Part shown: piece after piece, positions 7,552 through 14,839 of the stretch
Numbering within the stretch: the stretch's first letter is position 1
Layout: the number at the start of each line of letters is the position of its first letter
Source: Candidatus Kaiserbacteria bacterium RIFCSPHIGHO2_12_FULL_53_13
GTDB taxonomy: Bacteria > Patescibacteriota > Minisyncoccia > Phycocordibacterales > UBA2100
Direction: 5' to 3'
NCBI GenBank assembly: GCA_001781555.1
Contig: MFLP01000034.1
Span: 1,788 to 49,613 of the forward strand
Length of the DNA: 47,826 nt
Position numbers and translations under genes: made by a program
The notes under the pieces: model-generated
The model's database searches: none
What the model saw: the letters and a program-made list of their open reading frames with translations, nothing else
Told to the model about the DNA's origin: nothing

Positions 7552-8877
7552 ATGGCACGATGCTGGACATGTGGTTCTTCGGTCGCATCCGCGATATACA
7601 AATGCTCCGCATGCGTGGGCGTTGCACAGTTGAAAGGGTTGGGCGACGATTTGGAGTCCATTAAAGACGATATTGAAAAGGGAATAACGATACTCGAGGA
7701 GCTAAATTCTAGTCTTGCATCTATCGGGTCCGTTCTCGAATGGGGATTTGGCGAGATAGCCTGGCGGCAAGAGCAACAAACGGATATCTTGCGCGGGATC
7801 GATGCCACCTTACGTACTCCGGGGGAAACACGTGCCAATGAATTGCGCCTTCAGGCGGAAGAATTGAGGCATCGAGGTTTGTATCCGGAGTCCGAAGAGC
7901 TTTTTCTCAAGGCGATTGATGAGTATCGCCTTGATTACCGCATGTACGTGGGCCTCGCCGAGACATATCTGCGCGTGAACGAATTCGACAAAGCACATAA
8001 TTTTCTTGAGCGCAGTTTGCCGCACGCCCCGAAGCGAGATATCGACTACAAAAGTCACTCGTATCGGCTCATCGGACACATCCACGCATCTCGTGAAGAT
8101 TATGAAAAAGCGTTTCAGGCACTCGTCGCGTCGATCACATTCTCTCCCGAATATGCCGAAGGTCTCTACGATTTTGCGCAGTACGGTTCTCTTTTGGATG
8201 ACGACACATTTGCGCGCGTCGCTTCTCCGACACTCTCCGCGTGGGGAGGCAACTGGGCACTTGGAGATCGTGACCTCGTTCTTCACCTGGCACTTCAGAA
8301 GGCTATACAAGCGCGGCCGGCATACTACTATCTCGCAGAGCACGAGCCGAATTTCGATGGAAGGAAAAAGATCCTGGAACTTACGCTCAAGGTTCTTCTC
8401 AGAAATGCGCGCGCCGGCGTGGAAAATTTCATCAGGCAAGCCGATTACATGCTTGAATTAACCGGACGTGTGAGCGCGGAGGCGGGTAACGCGGCGCGGC
8501 GCGCGAGATATAAAGATGTGCGGTCGCCCTTGATCTTCGCGGACGCGCAATTGCGATTGGATGATGCAAAACAAAAAGTCGCTTCGGGGGACTATAGCGC
8601 GACTTTGGCCGCGCGGCCGATTGCCGAGCAAGCTCTTCAGCTTCTCGGCGAGGCGAAAGAAAAAGCGGCGGAGGAATACCCGCGCTTCAAAGAAATATCA
8701 AGAGGACGCTTCAAAGGTACTATCGCAGCGCTCACTGTCTCTTTATTCGGCGGCTTTTTCGCATTTGTTATAGGAGGCGGTATCGGGAATTGGATTGCAG
8801 GAGACATGGGTTTTATTATCGGCGGGCTCATCGGCATTGGACTTGGCGTGCTCATTTTTTTCGAAAGGAGACCATAG
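7552..8877 (+). CDS. Hypothetical protein with an N-terminal zinc ribbon, TPR-like helical repeats and a C-terminal glycine-zipper membrane segment
   Basis: 441-aa ORF. It has CWTC...CSAC at the N-terminus, helical repeats in the middle and GGFFAFVIGGGIGNWIAGDMGFIIGGLIGIGLGVLIFF at the C-terminus. An extended -10 TGGTAAAGT (7537-7545) lies 6 nt before the ATG. Confidence 0.7.
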   Translation: MARCWTCGSSVASAIYKCSACVGVAQLKGLGDDLESIKDDIEKGITILEELNSSLASIGSVLEWGFGEIAWRQEQQTDILRGIDATLRTPGETRANELRLQAEELRHRGLYPESEELFLKAIDEYRLDYRMYVGLAETYLRVNEFDKAHNFLERSLPHAPKRDIDYKSHSYRLIGHIHASREDYEKAFQALVASITFSPEYAEGLYDFAQYGSLLDDDTFARVASPTLSAWGGNWALGDRDLVLHLALQKAIQARPAYYYLAEHEPNFDGRKKILELTLKVLLRNARAGVENFIRQADYMLELTGRVSAEAGNAARRARYKDVRSPLIFADAQLRLDDAKQKVASGDYSATLAARPIAEQALQLLGEAKEKAAEEYPRFKEISRGRFKGTIAALTVSLFGGFFAFVIGGGIGNWIAGDMGFIIGGLIGIGLGVLIFFERRP

Positions 8878-8909
8878 GGAACATGGGGCATTTGCCGTAA
8901 GCATCTGAT

Positions 8910-8930
8910 AGCACGTGGTGCTGCTTTTTT
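8910..8930 (+). terminator. Weak intrinsic terminator after the 7552-8877 gene
   Basis: The hairpin AGCAC-GTG-GTGCT is followed by GC and TTTTTT. The stem is only 5 bp. Confidence 0.35.
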
Positions 8931-8946
8931 GGTAGAATGAACACCA

Positions 8947-9071
8947 ATGTATCCCGTTAGAAGTTTCGGAAGTTATGATAGCTGTGCAGTCGCGGCAAGT
9001 TTGCACACGGTCGATTGTTTAGTATACGTAGGTATCAAGTCGGAAGCGCAAGCTTCCTACTTCTAACGGGA
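8947..9071 (+). promoter_or_regulatory. Start-codon clamp element E2 (upstream of smc)
   Basis: TGGTAGAAT (8930-8938) is followed by 8 nt and ATG 8947. The 5' arm TCCCGTTAGAAGT (8952-8964) pairs 13/13 with ACTTCTAACGGGA (9059-9071), whose last A is the smc ATG. The mini-ORF 8947-9066 (39 aa) ends at the TAA inside the 3' arm. An inner hairpin GGAAGC-GCAA-GCTTCC is present. Confidence 0.85.
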
Positions 9072-11278
9072 TGTACCTCAAATCCATTGAGCTATCGGGG
9101 TTCAAATCGTTCGCGAAAAAGACCGAACTAGTATTCGGGTCGCGCATCGCGGGCATCGTGGGGCCCAACGGAAGCGGAAAATCCAACGTCGCGGAAGCGT
9201 TCCGGTTCGTCTTGGGCGAGCAGTCGATGAAATCCCTGCGCAGCCGGAGAGGGGAGGACCTAATCTGGGGCGGCTCGCCGGCGCTCTCGCGCTCGAATCG
9301 CGCCGGGGTGAAAGTTGTTTTTGACAACTCGAAGCGCCTTCTCGACCTCGATTTCAAGGAAGTCGCCGTTGAGCGCATCGTCTATCGCGATGGCCAGAAC
9401 GAATATCTTTTGAATGGCACGCAAGTGCGTCTCAAAGACGTGATACGACTTCTTGCCGGCGCGAACATAGGCGGCTCCGGCTACCAGATAATCTCCCAAG
9501 GCGAGGCGGACAGGATATTGAACGCAAGTCCGCGCGAGCGCAGGGAGATGGTGGAAGACGCGCTTGGGCTCAAACTCTATCAGCACAAAAAAGCGGAGAG
9601 CGAGCGGAAGCTCGATGAAACTGCTGTGAATATCGAGAAGACGCGTTCGCTCCGGCGGGAGATAAGCCCTCATCTCAACTTCCTGCGTGTACAAGTGGAG
9701 AAGATTGAAAAGGCGCGCGAGATGAAAGAAGAACTTTCCGCAAAACTCAGTGAGTATCTCGCGCGCGAGCATGCATGGATAACGCAGGAAGACGCGCGCC
9801 TCCTCGCGGAGGCGCGCACACAAGAATCCGAGCTGAAAAAGCTCGGCGCCCGCGTCAACGAGGCGCGCGGAAAGCGCACCGGCGACAGCGACGACACGCT
9901 CAAAGAACTGCAGGGAAGAATTGTCGAGCGCGAACACAAGCTATCCATGGCGCGGCGCGAGAGCGAAAAGCTCAGTCGCGAACTCGGCCGGGCGGAGGGG
10001 GCCGCGGAAGCAACCAATGTGACGGTAGAACAGATCGTCGCCGTCCCGCATGTGCGTCAATTTGCGCGCGAAGTGAGCGAAGCGCTCGCCGGAGCCGAGA
10101 GGACAGACGACATTGCCGCAGTGCGCGGGCTTATCGGACAGATACGCGAGCGCATCAAGGCGTTTGTCGACGGTCTGTCCGGTTCCGCGCCGCAGACAAA
10201 TGAAGAGATGAAGCAGCAAGTGAAGGCAATAGCGAACTCTCTTGAGCGCGTGCAGAAAGAAGAATCGGAGCTAGCCCAAGAGCTGGAGGCGCTTCGCGCG
10301 AAGATCACGCAAGTACGCGACGCCGGGTTTACTGCGGAGCGCGATTTGGTCGGGCTTGAATCCGCCGTGCGCGAAGCGCAGACGAAATTAAGCGCGGTTT
10401 CAGGCGCGCGCGGCAACATTGCAGTAGCGCGACAGCGTTTCGAGGAGGAAGTGCGGGAGGGAATCGTTCTCATCGGCGCCGCTGTCCATGGATGGGAAAA
10501 GAGCGTGATACCGGAAGGAGCGCTCTCCGAAGATCGCGGCGCGCAGGAAAAACGCCGGCGCGAGATAGAACGTTTGAAAATAAAGATAGAAGAATCAGGC
10601 ATCGGCAACGGCGACGCGGTCGTTCGCGAGTTCAACCAGACGAAAGAGCGCGACGTATTCCTCGGTCGCGAGCTTGAAGATTTGGAGCGTTCAGCAGCGT
10701 CGCTCAAAGATATCATTGCGGAACTGGAAAAGACGATAGACGAGCACTTTACTTCAGGGCTCAAGCAAATAAACGAAGCGCTCTCGAGTTTCTTCACGAA
10801 GCTTTTCGGAGGAGGTGAGGCGAAATTGGAGGTAGAGAAACCAAAAAGGCCTCGCGGCGCGAAAGACGATGATCTGGATGAGGACGAAGACGAAGATGAT
10901 ATACCCGAAGAGGAAGAATTATACGCCGGACTTTCTATATCGGTTCAGCTTCCGCGCAAAAAAGTGCGCGGACTCGAGGTGCTCTCGGGCGGCGAGCGTG
11001 CACTCACATCCATCGCGCTTATTTTTTCCATGTCGCAAGTGAATCCTCCGCCTTTTCTTGTTCTGGATGAGACGGATGCCGCGCTCGATGAGGCGAACAG
11101 CAAGCGCTACGCCGACATGATCCGCGAGCTCGGCGGCAAGAGTCAGCTCATCGTCATCACTCATAACCGCGCGACGATGGCGGCGGCAGGGGAGCTTTAC
11201 GGCGTCACGATGGGGCAGGACGGAATTTCCAAACTTCTTTCCGTCAAACTTGAGGAGGCGGAAAAAGTCGCCAAATAA
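9071..11278 (+). CDS. smc: SMC-family chromosome segregation ATPase, unusually short (735 aa)
   Basis: The N-terminal head reads MYLKSIELSGFKSF...GPNGSGKSN, followed by a long coiled-coil region. The C-terminal head carries the signature LSGGERALTSIALIF and Walker B FLVLDETDAALD. An acidic insert DDDLDEDEDEDDIPEEEE precedes the C-terminal head. Confidence 0.88.
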   Translation: MYLKSIELSGFKSFAKKTELVFGSRIAGIVGPNGSGKSNVAEAFRFVLGEQSMKSLRSRRGEDLIWGGSPALSRSNRAGVKVVFDNSKRLLDLDFKEVAVERIVYRDGQNEYLLNGTQVRLKDVIRLLAGANIGGSGYQIISQGEADRILNASPRERREMVEDALGLKLYQHKKAESERKLDETAVNIEKTRSLRREISPHLNFLRVQVEKIEKAREMKEELSAKLSEYLAREHAWITQEDARLLAEARTQESELKKLGARVNEARGKRTGDSDDTLKELQGRIVEREHKLSMARRESEKLSRELGRAEGAAEATNVTVEQIVAVPHVRQFAREVSEALAGAERTDDIAAVRGLIGQIRERIKAFVDGLSGSAPQTNEEMKQQVKAIANSLERVQKEESELAQELEALRAKITQVRDAGFTAERDLVGLESAVREAQTKLSAVSGARGNIAVARQRFEEEVREGIVLIGAAVHGWEKSVIPEGALSEDRGAQEKRRREIERLKIKIEESGIGNGDAVVREFNQTKERDVFLGRELEDLERSAASLKDIIAELEKTIDEHFTSGLKQINEALSSFFTKLFGGGEAKLEVEKPKRPRGAKDDDLDEDEDEDDIPEEEELYAGLSISVQLPRKKVRGLEVLSGGERALTSIALIFSMSQVNPPPFLVLDETDAALDEANSKRYADMIRELGGKSQLIVITHNRATMAAAGELYGVTMGQDGISKLLSVKLEEAEKVAK

Positions 11279-11294
11279 GAAAGGACATGAGTCA

Positions 11295-11323
11295 TTGACC
11301 GTGTCCGCCTAAACTGGTAGAGT
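11295..11323 (+). promoter_or_regulatory. Sigma70-type promoter of rpsP
   Basis: TTGACC (11295-11300) is followed by a 17-nt spacer and TAGAGT (11318-11323) with an upstream TG. ATG 11333 is 9 nt downstream. Confidence 0.6.
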
Positions 11324-11332
11324 GTCGCAACT

Positions 11333-11716
11333 ATGTTAAAGATACGGATGCAGAGGATTGGCCGCATAAACATGCCGGCGTATCGCATTATTGTCGCCGA
11401 GCACACTCGTGGTCCGAAGACAGGCAACATCGTGGAGAAGGTGGGCACGTACAACCCGAAAAGCAAGGAGCGCGTACTGGATGCGGAGCGCATCAAATAC
11501 TGGTTGTCCGTGGGCGCCAAAGCGTCCGGAACTGTACACAACATGCTTATATCCGCTGGAATTATCACGGGGAAGAAGATAAACGTCCTTCCTAAAAAAC
11601 ATCCGCCAGTTGTCGAGAAGATCGAGGAAAAAGTAGCCCCAGAGGCAACTCCAACGGCGGAACCTGTAGCGGAAGAGAAAAAAGAAGAAGTAGCAGCGGA
11701 AGCAGTAACACAATAA
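11333..11716 (+). CDS. rpsP: 30S ribosomal protein S16 with an Ala/Glu/Lys-rich C-terminal tail
   Basis: MLKIRMQRIGRINMPAYRIIVAEHTRGPKTGNIVEKVGTYNP matches bS16. Confidence 0.93.
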   Translation: MLKIRMQRIGRINMPAYRIIVAEHTRGPKTGNIVEKVGTYNPKSKERVLDAERIKYWLSVGAKASGTVHNMLISAGIITGKKINVLPKKHPPVVEKIEEKVAPEATPTAEPVAEEKKEEVAAEAVTQ

Positions 11717-11731
11717 TCTTGAGTGTCTCAA

Positions 11732-12181
11732 TCAGAGGTCTTGCTTCACGATGTGTTTTCTCAGGAAAGACTTTGTGTTTTTTATTATCTCGTCTTTATT
11801 TTTTGGATCGCTTTTGGCAATTCCTGTAGCAAATATATACATAAGCTCGTTTTTTACCGTGAGCCATCTTTGATTCTGTGCAAGAAAATAGAGAAGTGTC
11901 ATCACGGCAACACGCTTGTTTCCATTTTGGAAGGGATGATTCTTGATCATTAAGTAAAAAAGTATTGCTGCCTTGTCTTCAAGACGCGGGTAGAGACTCT
12001 TACCTCCAAATTTCTGAAACGGGTTTTTTAAACAACTTTCGAGACGGTCAGGAAATCGAGTGTTGAATGGGGGTATTGGTTCGTCCCACTCCATAAGTTC
12101 CCGCGCAAGGCTATGGGCAACACTCTCAATTTCAATGAGCGTTAACCCCCTGATGAAAGATCGTCTGGGCTTGATCTTCAT
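11732..12181 (-). CDS. doc: Doc (death-on-curing) / Fic-fold toxin
   Basis: 149-aa ORF with the Fic/Doc core motif HPFQNGNKR. It lies 6 nt downstream of a small HTH gene, the classic type II toxin-antitoxin layout. Confidence 0.8.
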   Translation of the reverse strand: MKIKPRRSFIRGLTLIEIESVAHSLARELMEWDEPIPPFNTRFPDRLESCLKNPFQKFGGKSLYPRLEDKAAILFYLMIKNHPFQNGNKRVAVMTLLYFLAQNQRWLTVKNELMYIFATGIAKSDPKNKDEIIKNTKSFLRKHIVKQDL

Positions 12182-12187
12182 AGGAAC

Positions 12188-12454
12188 TCACTCCCTGCCA
12201 AGACGTCTGAAAGTCACGTGATACTCCTTCACCGCTCTCTTGACGATATTGTTTATCTCTTCTTTTTTTGCGGGAGTAATAAACATCCCAAGAATCGCCT
12301 CCAGTTCTTTTTTCCGGATAATATAGTTCCTACCAACCTTCTCTGCCTTTATTTTTCCTTCCTTGATTTTTTTAAAGACAGCTGTCCTACTCACTCCCAT
12401 TAATTTGGCTATTTCAGACGTGGAAAAATGGCTCTTTTCCGGATTTTTGTTCAT
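12188..12454 (-). CDS. Helix-turn-helix (excisionase/MerR-like) DNA-binding protein, putative antitoxin of Doc
   Basis: The HTH reads FSTSEIAKLMGVSRTAVFKKIKEGKIKAEKVGRNYII. ATG 12454 is preferred over the ORF-track GTG 12460. Confidence 0.7.
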   Translation of the reverse strand: MNKNPEKSHFSTSEIAKLMGVSRTAVFKKIKEGKIKAEKVGRNYIIRKKELEAILGMFITPAKKEEINNIVKRAVKEYHVTFRRLGRE

Positions 12455-12456
12455 TA

Positions 12457-12484
12457 CCACAGGTTAACACATGTTAACCTGTGG
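12457..12484. promoter_or_regulatory. 28-bp palindrome, candidate operator of the HTH-doc operon
   Basis: CCACAGGTTAACA-CA-TGTTAACCTGTGG has 13-bp perfect arms. It begins 3 nt upstream of the antitoxin ATG on the minus strand. Confidence 0.6.
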
Positions 12485-12496
12485 TGCGAACATTCA

Positions 12497-12525
12497 TTGA
12501 CAAAATAGAGGATATCTGCTATTCT
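12497..12525 (+). promoter_or_regulatory. Sigma70-type promoter with a ~190-nt leader for the DEAD-box helicase
   Basis: TTGACA (12497-12502) is followed by a 17-nt spacer and TATTCT (12520-12525). There is no other gene between it and ATG 12718. Confidence 0.55.
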
Positions 12526-12717
12526 TCACAAACCAACTCATCTCATTAGGTTTTTGTCTTGGGAGATACCAAGGCCGTCCCAGAACGAAAGTCGGGATTG
12601 AAACTCTCTCGAGACGCGTTGAAATTAATTAAAACGGGATTTCTAATCCCTCAATGCGGGCATTGGTACTTGGTTTTTCCTAAAACCTAACACCTATTCC
12701 CTAACACCTAAACACAT

Positions 12718-13998
12718 ATGTATCAGCGCAGAGAACATAGTACGAGCCGCACGGGCTCATTCAATAGACGACCGGCAGGCCGGGGCTTTTCACGCTCGTC
12801 TTTTGGCGGGTCACGCGGCAGGAGCTCCTCATTCCGCGGACGTAGCAGCGGTTCAAGCCGCGGTGGCACGAGAGGACCAAGCGGCCAGCACATAGATATT
12901 TCGCGATTCGTCAACAAAGCGGTCATCACGGAGGAAGTGGAAAATTTCATCCCCGAGCATAATTTTGTGGACTTCGCAATAGATGAGCACCTCAAGAAAA
13001 ATATTATCGCAAAAGGATACGCTACGCCGACGCCGATACAGGATCGCGCTATTCCGCACGTCTTGCGCGACGAAGATATCGTCGGTATCGCGAACACGGG
13101 TACGGGGAAAACCGGCGCTTTTCTTATTCCGCTTATCAACAAAGTGCTTCATGACAGGAACGAGCGCGTTCTCATCATGGTGCCGACGCGCGAGCTCGCT
13201 ATTCAGATAGAAGACGAGTTCTGGGGCTTCGCGAAGCATCTTCGCATCGGCGCGGTGACCTGCGTCGGAGGCGCAAATATCAATCCGCAGATAGCGACCC
13301 TTCGCCGGAAGCCGAACTTCGTCATCGGCACGCCGGGGCGCTTGAAGGATGTTATGGAAAGGCGCGCGCTTAACCTTGAAGGTTTCGGCACCGTCGTCTT
13401 GGATGAAGCCGACCGCATGCTCGACATGGGATTCATAGCGGACATGAAATTCATTCTCTCGCACATGAAGACCGCCGAGCGCCACACGCTTTTCTTCTCG
13501 GCGACATTGTCGCGCGAGATAGAGAAGCTCATCGGCGATTTTCTCAAAGATCCGGTGCGCATTTCAGTAAAGACACGCGACACGCCGCAGAATGTGGATC
13601 AGGACATCGTGCGAGTTTCCGCCAGCCAGACAAAACTCGACGTTTTGCACGACCTGCTTGCCCAGCCGGAATTCAGCAAAGTGCTCATCTTCGGACGCAC
13701 GAAGCACGGCGTGGAGAAACTCTCGAAGATGCTTGAACAGAAAGGTTTCAAAGCGGCTTCAATTCACGGCAACAAAACGCAGAGCAACCGTCAAAGAGCA
13801 CTCGGCCTTTTCAAACAGAATCACATTCAAATCCTCGTCGCGACCGACGTCGCCGCGCGCGGCTTGGATATTCCGAAAGTCTCGCACGTCATCAACTACG
13901 ATATTCCGAACACTTACGAAGACTACGTGCACCGCATCGGCCGCACCGGCCGCGCGGGAGAGAAGGGGAAAGCGCTTACGTTCATCGAGGGGAGGTAA
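12718..13998 (+). CDS. DEAD-box ATP-dependent RNA helicase with an N-terminal Arg/Gly/Ser-rich tail
   Basis: Motifs present are the Q motif (GYATPTPIQ), AQTGTGKT-type ANTGTGKTGAF, VLDEADRMLDMGF, SAT and HRIGRTGRAG. The first ~60 aa are RG/RS low complexity. Confidence 0.93.
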   Translation: MYQRREHSTSRTGSFNRRPAGRGFSRSSFGGSRGRSSSFRGRSSGSSRGGTRGPSGQHIDISRFVNKAVITEEVENFIPEHNFVDFAIDEHLKKNIIAKGYATPTPIQDRAIPHVLRDEDIVGIANTGTGKTGAFLIPLINKVLHDRNERVLIMVPTRELAIQIEDEFWGFAKHLRIGAVTCVGGANINPQIATLRRKPNFVIGTPGRLKDVMERRALNLEGFGTVVLDEADRMLDMGFIADMKFILSHMKTAERHTLFFSATLSREIEKLIGDFLKDPVRISVKTRDTPQNVDQDIVRVSASQTKLDVLHDLLAQPEFSKVLIFGRTKHGVEKLSKMLEQKGFKAASIHGNKTQSNRQRALGLFKQNHIQILVATDVAARGLDIPKVSHVINYDIPNTYEDYVHRIGRTGRAGEKGKALTFIEGR

Positions 13999-14010
13999 AG
14001 AGACGCTCGC

Positions 14011-14107
14011 CGGGCATTACACTTTTGCCGTCGCTGTCTGTGCGTGCTCGCACAGCGCTGCCTCTTGCGCCGTCGCGCTGCGAGACACGGCAAAAGCGCA
14101 ATGCCCG
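14011..14107 (+). repeat. Intergenic palindromic repeat, family A, copy 2
   Basis: The outer stem is CGGGCATTACACTTTTGCCG ... CGGCAAAAGCGCAATGCCCG. The core has hairpins CTGTGCG-TGCT-CGCACAG and GCGC-CGTC-GCGC. It is about 93% identical to the reverse complement of 23385-23481. It starts 12 nt after the helicase stop codon. Confidence 0.85.
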
Positions 14108-14197
14108 TACTCACTTGAGCTTGGATTTGACAAATTGCTATTCGAGGTGGATAGTATCAGGCAGTGGTTGTCGGCTGATTCTGTGGCAATAGAAAGG

Positions 14198-14749
14198 ATG
14201 TATATAAATCTCCTTTCTATTGTCACGGAGTGGCAATATGGCGGCTGTGTGCCATTCGCAAAACACAGCATTGATCTCTCGGGGGTCGCGATGGCAAAAT
14301 TGAAGGTCGTTTCAGTTCGTTGGTGGCGCGGCGAGAACGCGCCGAAGGCGGAGGATGTTGCGTCTCTGATGCTCGCCAAGACCGACATGGAATGGCGTCC
14401 CGCTTCTCGCGAGATGTTTCCCCATCAAGAGGCCCTGGACCTCAGCGTCGCAGACTTTGCAAAAGTGCTACACGCAGTACAGCTCATCCAGTCGGAGCTA
14501 TGGACGCAGTATCACGTCCATGCGTACGTGAACATCGACGACGAACCGATTGATGTATACGCCGCAGCTCTGGAACTCAGAGCTGCGGAGCTAGAAGAAG
14601 CGGCCAGAAGTGCGAGCGTCGCGCTCAAGGCAACCCGTAAGTGGGTGCCTGATTACCGCTTTGCACGGATCCGGTATCGTCTTGCCGGAGTGTTGAATCG
14701 GGACAGGTTCGCACATTGCTTGAGCAAGGTGTTGTACCCAGAGCGCTAA
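14198..14749 (+). CDS. Hypothetical protein
   Basis: This is the 3' part of the ORF-track entry 13592-14749. The 5' part overlaps the helicase gene and repeat A2 and was discarded. ATG 14198 follows TGTGGCAAT at 6-7 nt. I recognise no motif. Confidence 0.5.
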   Translation: MYINLLSIVTEWQYGGCVPFAKHSIDLSGVAMAKLKVVSVRWWRGENAPKAEDVASLMLAKTDMEWRPASREMFPHQEALDLSVADFAKVLHAVQLIQSELWTQYHVHAYVNIDDEPIDVYAAALELRAAELEEAARSASVALKATRKWVPDYRFARIRYRLAGVLNRDRFAHCLSKVLYPER

Positions 14750-14839
14750 GACGCGCAACGGGGAGAAGAGGCAGGGGGACCTCTTCTCCCTGCTTCTTTT
14801 ATATTTTCGCTAATCTGGGGGCGGTGGTATACTTTTTCT

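Noticed and set aside
9059-9070. The conserved TTCTAACGGG upstream of start codons read as a ribosome-binding (Shine-Dalgarno) site.
   Set aside because: It has no complementarity to the canonical anti-SD (CCUCC) and leaves zero spacing to the ATG. Its variation is mirrored by the distant 5' arm, which points to intramolecular pairing instead.
8947-9071. Clamp elements read as invertible promoters (invertons) or as a CRISPR-like array.
   Set aside because: There is no recombinase nearby, and the downstream genes are essential housekeeping genes. The outermost paired base covaries with ATG versus GTG, which an inversion site would not require. The copies are dispersed, with unrelated loops, and show no repeat-spacer periodicity.
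13592-14197. The 5' part of the 385-aa ORF 13592-14749.
   Set aside because: It overlaps the 3' third of the DEAD-box helicase gene out of frame and then reads through repeat A2. Only the part after ATG 14198 is kept, and that only as a tentative CDS.
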